NCBI GenBank assembly: GCA_963840965.1
Contig: CAWJAW010000005.1
Coordinates: 261,484-325,483 of the forward strand
Length of the DNA stretch: 64,000 nt
Reading direction: 5' to 3'
Source: an uncultured Bacteroidales bacterium
GTDB lineage: Bacteria; Bacteroidota; Bacteroidia; Bacteroidales; VadinHA17
The translations under genes and the position numbers were made by a program. Every line of letters begins with the position of its first letter. Position 1 is the first letter of the stretch. The notes under the pieces are model-generated. The model was given only the letters and a program-made list of their open reading frames with translations. It made no database searches and had not been told where the DNA came from. Positions 58,772-64,000 of the stretch are shown here, one piece after another.

Positions 58772-60055
58772 ATGGCACAAATGAACATCATACTTCCCTC
58801 GATGGGAGAAGGAGTCATAGAGGCAACAATTACAAAATGGCTTGTTAAGGCCGGGGCGGAAGTCAAAGAAGACGACCCCATTGTGGAGGTTGCTACAGAC
58901 AAGGTTGATTCTGAGATTCCGGCACCCTCGGCCGGTACAATATCCTCTTTCCTGGTAAAGGAGGGTTCGGTTGTTAAAGTCGGAGAAACCATTGCTATAC
59001 TTGAGACCAACTTAGTTGCAGGGCTTGAAGAACAGGCAGCAGTCACTAAAGAGGTTGAGAGAATTCGTGAAACCATAAAGGAGGTACGCGAGGAAATAAA
59101 AACGGAACAGACTGCAACACGGGAAATGAAAAGCCGCACCCCCTCCGGAAAATTTCTTTCCCCTTTGGTAAGAAGCATTGCCGCAAGCGAAAACATAAGC
59201 TATCAGGAACTTGACAGGATAACAGGTTCGGGAATGGACGGCAGGATAACAAGGGATGACGTCATCAGGTTTCTGGATGAGAAACGCAGTAAGGAAACAA
59301 AACAAAACGAGGCTCCTGAAAAACCGGCTCCCTCAACCTCCAGACAGCAGGGAGACGAGATTATAGAAATGGACAGGGTGAGAAAGCTTATTGCCGATCA
59401 CATGGTCATGTCGAAAAGGACCTCCCCTCACGTCACGTCCTTCATCGATGCCGATGTAACCAGAATGGTTGCATGGAGAAACAGCGAAAAGGATAAATAT
59501 CTTTCAAGGGAAGGACAAAAGCTCACCCTCACCCCAATATTTATTGATGCAACAGCAAGGGCTCTTTCCGAATTCCCGATGATAAACATTTCGGTTGACG
59601 GAAACAATATCATAAAAAGAAGGAACATCAACATAGGCATGGCAACAGCTTTGCCCGACGGTAATCTGATCGTCCCGGTAATAAAGAATGCCAACGAAAA
59701 GAATCTGACCGGACTGGCTCTGACTGTCAACGACCTGGCTGAAAGAGCCCGGAACAACAAGCTCAAACCGGATGAGATCACCGGAGGCACCTTCACGGTC
59801 ACCAACTTTGGCAGCTACAACAATCTTACCGGAACCCCCATAATCAATCAGCCGCAGGCTGCTATACTGGGAACAGGCGCTATAAGGAAAATGCCGGCTG
59901 TCGTTGAAACTCCCGAGGGCGACATGATAGCTATACGACATATCATGATCCTTTCCCTAAGCTATGACCACAGGGTTATCGACGGTGCTCTTGCCGGAAA
60001 ATTTCTGAACAGGATCAGGGAAATCCTCGAAAGCTACACTCCAGACCAGACCTGA
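58772..60055 (+). CDS. 2-oxoacid dehydrogenase complex E2 (dihydrolipoamide acyltransferase)
   Basis: A lipoyl domain (VATDKVDSEIPA), a subunit-binding domain (SPLVRSIAASENI), and the catalytic DHRVIDG. The start is at 58772 or 58781. Substrate specificity cannot be determined from this window. Confidence 0.85.
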   Translation: MAQMNIILPSMGEGVIEATITKWLVKAGAEVKEDDPIVEVATDKVDSEIPAPSAGTISSFLVKEGSVVKVGETIAILETNLVAGLEEQAAVTKEVERIRETIKEVREEIKTEQTATREMKSRTPSGKFLSPLVRSIAASENISYQELDRITGSGMDGRITRDDVIRFLDEKRSKETKQNEAPEKPAPSTSRQQGDEIIEMDRVRKLIADHMVMSKRTSPHVTSFIDADVTRMVAWRNSEKDKYLSREGQKLTLTPIFIDATARALSEFPMINISVDGNNIIKRRNINIGMATALPDGNLIVPVIKNANEKNLTGLALTVNDLAERARNNKLKPDEITGGTFTVTNFGSYNNLTGTPIINQPQAAILGTGAIRKMPAVVETPEGDMIAIRHIMILSLSYDHRVIDGALAGKFLNRIREILESYTPDQT

Positions 60056-60139
60056 CCCTAATCCCGAAGGCTTTACTTAATCATTCTGTTATAGCGTATA
60101 ATAATAGAATACGCGATAGCGTTTACTTTGCAAATTTGT

Positions 60140-60147
60140 TATATTTG
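60140..60147 (+). promoter_or_regulatory. Candidate -7 box (TATATTTG)
   Basis: An exact TAnnTTTG match, 6 nt before the ATG at 60154 and overlapping the ORF-track TTG extension (60136). Confidence 0.3.
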
Positions 60148-60153
60148 TTTTTA

Positions 60154-62337
60154 ATGATTAAAGCCAGGGGACACATATACATTCTTTTACTGCAGCTGAT
60201 ATTTTCGGTGATTTTTCCCTTTGTTTCAACCGCTCAAACGAAAACCGAACAAAAAAAGATATTTGCTGAGGCTGAGTCACGTTACCTCTTCGATGAATCT
60301 GAGCTGGCAAATCCGCTTTACCTTCTTCTTGAAACCGAGGACAACTTCAACATTAAGCACAAGATCGGCGCCTGTTACCTGAATATTCCTGGAGAAAAAG
60401 AAAAAGCCATCCCCTACCTTGAAGCTGCAGTCAGACAGTCCTCATTCGATGCAAGAATTAATTCCTTCAGGGAGAAAAGGGCCCCTCTCGACTCATACTT
60501 CCTTCTTGCAAAGGCCTATATGATTAATAATGAACTTGAAAAGGCGCTGAGCACCTTCGACAAATTCAAGAGTCTGGCCCAGGAAAATGAGGTGAAGGGA
60601 CGGATGAAGAACCTTGACTATATTGACCAGCAAATTCAAGCCTGCAACAATGCAATCAGCAACCAGGAGGACCCCTACAGAATAAGCAAAAGAAGACTTG
60701 GAAAACAGTTCAGCCAGGGATCTATAAATGAGAACCCGGCAGTTAGCTTCGACGGGAATACAATTGTATACACAGAACGGCGCGGCCTCATAAATGCGCT
60801 GATGTTCTCAAGAAAGATCAACGGCAAATGGCAAACTCCGGTCGAGATAAACTCTCAGCTGAATTCCGGTGACGATTGTTCATCCTGCTCCCTTAACAGC
60901 GACGGCACAGTACTGTATCTGTACAAAACCGATAATTTCGACGGAAACATCTACTCATCCCGGTACGTAAACGGGTCATGGACCCCGATTACAAAACTGA
61001 ACCGCAACATCAACACGAAATACTACGAGTCGCACGCCGCAATCGCACCCGATGGCAAAAAACTTTATTTCACAAGCAACAGGGACGGAGGACAGGGAGG
61101 ACTCGACATATACGTATCCGAGCTGGATGCTTTTGACGACTGGGGACCAGCCATCAACCTTGGTCTTTCCGTCAATACAATCTACAATGAAGACACTCCT
61201 TTTATTACTGTCAACGATTCCTTGCTTTACTTTGCATCCGAAGGACATAGCGGAATGGGAGGTTTCGATATTTACTGCAGCTCCGGACACGGAAGGATAT
61301 GGGGCGCTCCCAGGAACATAGGGTACCCTATAAATTCAACTGATGACGACAGATTTTTCCAGCCTTTCAATAACGATGAAAACGGATTCTACTCCATCAA
61401 CACCGACTATAAAAAGAAGGAGATCTTCTACATAACCCTTACCAGTTACAGACTGAACAAGGTTTATGAGTTGTCAGGAAATTACAGTCTGAAGGATACT
61501 ATCACGGAATTCGATGAGAGCAATGCCATTTACCTGATCGACAAGGCTTCTGGTGACACAGTCGATACCGGATTCCCCGACGCTTCAACAGGAAATTACA
61601 GCTTTATGGCAGCCCCCGGTGCATACCGGCTCCTGTATACCGCTCCGGGATATTTTACCCAGCAACAGGATACCACCATTGCCAACACCACTCCTCCGGG
61701 TTTGATTCAGCTTGATGATATCATCCTCGACAAAAATCCGCAGGCCGGAGAACAACTTGACCTTTCGAATATTCCGGTTGTCGACCATATCGACCCTGAT
61801 ATCCTCATAAAAGACCTCCGGGTTTATGATGTAACCGACAACGACTTGCAGGATACAACGATTCTCTATTACACGGTACAGGTAATGGCGCTCTATAATC
61901 CTGTTGATATAAGTTACTTCAGGTATGTCGATGATATAAGGGTGTTTTATAACGCTTCCGACTTTTTCTACAGGTATACAACAGGTGTATTTAAGGACAA
62001 GAACAATGCTTACGCCCACCGCGATATGCTATTCAGACTGGGATACCCCGACGACCTCTTTATCAAGAAAGTGATACGTGGCACCGATGAAAAAGATGTC
62101 CCGAGTCGGAAATACTGGTCCATTCAGCTGAAAGCCACAAGTGTTCCTGTAGATATAGCTGCCACGTTCCCGGGATTGAAAGGTGTCAGGGAAACTAAAG
62201 AAGTTGACGGGATGTATCATTATCTGTATGGCAGCTATTCAACAGTTGAAGAGGCAAAAACCATTATGAAAAGAAGTGAATTAATGGAGTTTAGTGATGC
62301 CTTCGTGAGAGAAATTAGCATTCTGTTGAAGAAATAG
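60154..62337 (+). CDS. TPR / PD40 (TolB-like beta-propeller) / CarboxypepD_reg-like / double SPOR-like domain protein
   Basis: The signal peptide ends VSTAQ. TPR-like helices are followed by repeated P.(S/F).DG..LYF.S.R.GG.G..DIY units. There is a beta-sandwich segment (GNYSFMAAPGAYRLLYTAPGY). Two C-terminal segments fit the SPOR pattern (YTVQV.A....YRYTTGVF and YWSIQLKA...YHYLYGSYSTVEEA). Confidence 0.7.
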   Translation: MIKARGHIYILLLQLIFSVIFPFVSTAQTKTEQKKIFAEAESRYLFDESELANPLYLLLETEDNFNIKHKIGACYLNIPGEKEKAIPYLEAAVRQSSFDARINSFREKRAPLDSYFLLAKAYMINNELEKALSTFDKFKSLAQENEVKGRMKNLDYIDQQIQACNNAISNQEDPYRISKRRLGKQFSQGSINENPAVSFDGNTIVYTERRGLINALMFSRKINGKWQTPVEINSQLNSGDDCSSCSLNSDGTVLYLYKTDNFDGNIYSSRYVNGSWTPITKLNRNINTKYYESHAAIAPDGKKLYFTSNRDGGQGGLDIYVSELDAFDDWGPAINLGLSVNTIYNEDTPFITVNDSLLYFASEGHSGMGGFDIYCSSGHGRIWGAPRNIGYPINSTDDDRFFQPFNNDENGFYSINTDYKKKEIFYITLTSYRLNKVYELSGNYSLKDTITEFDESNAIYLIDKASGDTVDTGFPDASTGNYSFMAAPGAYRLLYTAPGYFTQQQDTTIANTTPPGLIQLDDIILDKNPQAGEQLDLSNIPVVDHIDPDILIKDLRVYDVTDNDLQDTTILYYTVQVMALYNPVDISYFRYVDDIRVFYNASDFFYRYTTGVFKDKNNAYAHRDMLFRLGYPDDLFIKKVIRGTDEKDVPSRKYWSIQLKATSVPVDIAATFPGLKGVRETKEVDGMYHYLYGSYSTVEEAKTIMKRSELMEFSDAFVREISILLKK

Positions 62338-62426
62338 CTAAATTTACTTTCTTAGTTTTATCTAAAAGCGTGGAAATATTCTACATTTTTGTAATATATT
62401 TATTGTCATAATAATTTTACAAAAAG

Positions 62427-64000
62427 ATGAAACACTTCTACCCCGCCCGGAAATACTTCATCATTGCGGTTCTGTTTGCCTGTTTTGTACCGCTTAGCGC
62501 CCAGGAAATACCATTGAGAGATTTTCAGAGGGCCTTCAGGAATGCCGATATTTACTACCTTTATGATGAGAACTACCTCAAAGCAGCTTCATTATACGAG
62601 CCCCTGTTTAAGCAATATCCCGACAACCACAACCTTGCTGCAAAACTTGGGATATGCTACCTGAACCTTGAGGGTAAAAACCAGGAGGCCCTGGCTCTCC
62701 TTAGAAAAGCTGCAGCAAATGTGGTATCAAGCGAAAAGGATTATAAGCAGACAGGAGACATGGCACCCCTCGATACCTACCTGTATCTCGCAATAGCATT
62801 CCAGCGGAACGATAGTCTCGAGCAGGCTCTGACCTACCTGAACGACGTAAAAAAGAAACTCTCTCCGTCCGACACCTACCAGATGGACTTTGTCGATCTT
62901 CAGATCCGTAACTGCAGGTATGCAATGGAGATGAAGAAAAGACCGGTAAGGGTGATAACAGAGTATTTTGCCCCATGGCTCGCAAATTTCCCCGGAGCCT
63001 GTAATCCGGTCCTGGCCAAAAACGACTCGGTGTTCGTATTTACAGTTAAAAATGAAGGCATAACCCAGATATACTGCTCATACAAGAACACAACCTGGAA
63101 CGAACCAACCAACATCACAAATCAGCTGGGCGGTTTTGACCGATTTTATACAAATTCCATTACCGGCGATGGTAAAATGCTTGTCATGTACCTGGATGAC
63201 GGGGGAGACGGCAACCTCTATTACAGTATGAGAACCGGCACTACCTGGTCGAAAATCAAATCATTGGGCAAACCTATTAACTCCATCTATTGGGAGTCTC
63301 ACGGATTCGTCACTCCCGATGGCCAGACAATGTATTTCACCAGCAACAGGCCCGGTGGCGAGGGCGACCTTGATATATGGTCATCGCGCAGGCTGGCCGA
63401 CGGTAACTGGGAAGCTCCGGTGAACCTTGGAAGTACAATCAATACCCCCTATGATGAAAACACTCCCTATTTTGATGTTGAAAACGATGCCTTGCTCTTC
63501 AGCTCAATAGGACATATTACAATGGGCGGACTCGATGTTTTCAGATCCCAGAACAGGGGTGGTGCCTGGACTCAGCCGGTGGGGATGCCTTACGCCTTTA
63601 ATAACGTTCAGGAAAACAGCCATTTTATCCTGAACAACAATGCTCCGGGTTTTATCGCCAGCCGTTTTGACGACAAAGCAAATGAGAGAAACATTTTCGA
63701 AATAGTTGCTATCGATCCTGCTGATGAAATAACTACCGCTTCCGGTACAATAACTCTTGAAGACGGAATGGAGGTCGACCCAAAAGTTTCACTTATCACT
63801 CTCAAAAACCTTAAAACAGACGAAATAATCCAGAATATTCCGGTGAACCCCGACGGGACTTTTCAATTCGAAATTAAACCGGGTGATTATGAGGTGTACA
63901 TAAGTCACGATGGATATAACACCGATACCTTAACTCTCAACCTGCCACTCTATTATACAGGTAGCTTTCTTGCAGTGAGTCCGTCTCTTGCTCCCGAAAA
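62427..64000 (+). CDS. Paralog of 60154-62337 (TPR / PD40 / CarboxypepD_reg-like), 3' end outside window
   Basis: This ORF is not in the supplied track. I translated it by hand from the ATG at 62427 (MKHFYPARKYFIIAVLFACFVPLSAQE...), and it stays open to the last base. A stop (TAA, 62412-62414) lies in frame upstream. It is clearly homologous to the preceding gene (ESHGFVTPDGQTMYFTSNRPGGEGDLDIW versus ESHAAIAPDGKKLYFTSNRDGGQGGLDIY). Confidence 0.75.
   Translation, partial: MKHFYPARKYFIIAVLFACFVPLSAQEIPLRDFQRAFRNADIYYLYDENYLKAASLYEPLFKQYPDNHNLAAKLGICYLNLEGKNQEALALLRKAAANVVSSEKDYKQTGDMAPLDTYLYLAIAFQRNDSLEQALTYLNDVKKKLSPSDTYQMDFVDLQIRNCRYAMEMKKRPVRVITEYFAPWLANFPGACNPVLAKNDSVFVFTVKNEGITQIYCSYKNTTWNEPTNITNQLGGFDRFYTNSITGDGKMLVMYLDDGGDGNLYYSMRTGTTWSKIKSLGKPINSIYWESHGFVTPDGQTMYFTSNRPGGEGDLDIWSSRRLADGNWEAPVNLGSTINTPYDENTPYFDVENDALLFSSIGHITMGGLDVFRSQNRGGAWTQPVGMPYAFNNVQENSHFILNNNAPGFIASRFDDKANERNIFEIVAIDPADEITTASGTITLEDGMEVDPKVSLITLKNLKTDEIIQNIPVNPDGTFQFEIKPGDYEVYISHDGYNTDTLTLNLPLYYTGSFLAVSPSLAPE

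Overview
This is a Bacteroidota chromosomal segment. The evidence is several type IX secretion (T9SS) and gliding genes, TAnnTTTG -7 promoter boxes, and lipoprotein-rich surface genes. I support about 48 protein genes, one tRNA-Val(TAC), one disrupted gene, six hairpin terminators and several candidate promoters.

Most of the window is tightly packed housekeeping: dnaK, xseA/xseB, thioredoxin, folC, a PhoH/PIN ATPase, mtaB, murF, ispF, hutU, alaS, recR, a 2-oxoacid dehydrogenase E2, envelope-biogenesis enzymes, and an M23-M23-MerR-Nif3-zinc-ribbon operon.

T9SS content is dense:
- an S8 protease with a C-terminal sorting domain
- a roughly 1200-aa adhesin with 8 SprB repeats and a type-B sorting domain, coupled by an ATGA overlap to its own PorP/SprF gene
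- a gldJ / PorP-like / porU / porV hub

The only clearly accessory-looking stretch runs from about 9.5 to 23.5 kb, around tRNA-Val. Its most unusual content is a tandem triplet of paralogous lipoproteins at 15795-20848. Each has three copies of an unnamed ~95-aa repeat plus a FISUMP-type C-terminal domain. One copy is broken by two single-base insertions. An orphan Cache-PAS histidine kinase lies next to the triplet.

I see no CRISPR array, transposase, integrase, reverse transcriptase or recognisable defence system. I cannot demonstrate a wholly new system from sequence alone, and the FISUMP lipoprotein cluster is the best candidate for uncharacterised biology. The ORF track also omits a long open frame that runs off the 3' end (62427 to beyond 64000), a paralog of the preceding gene.
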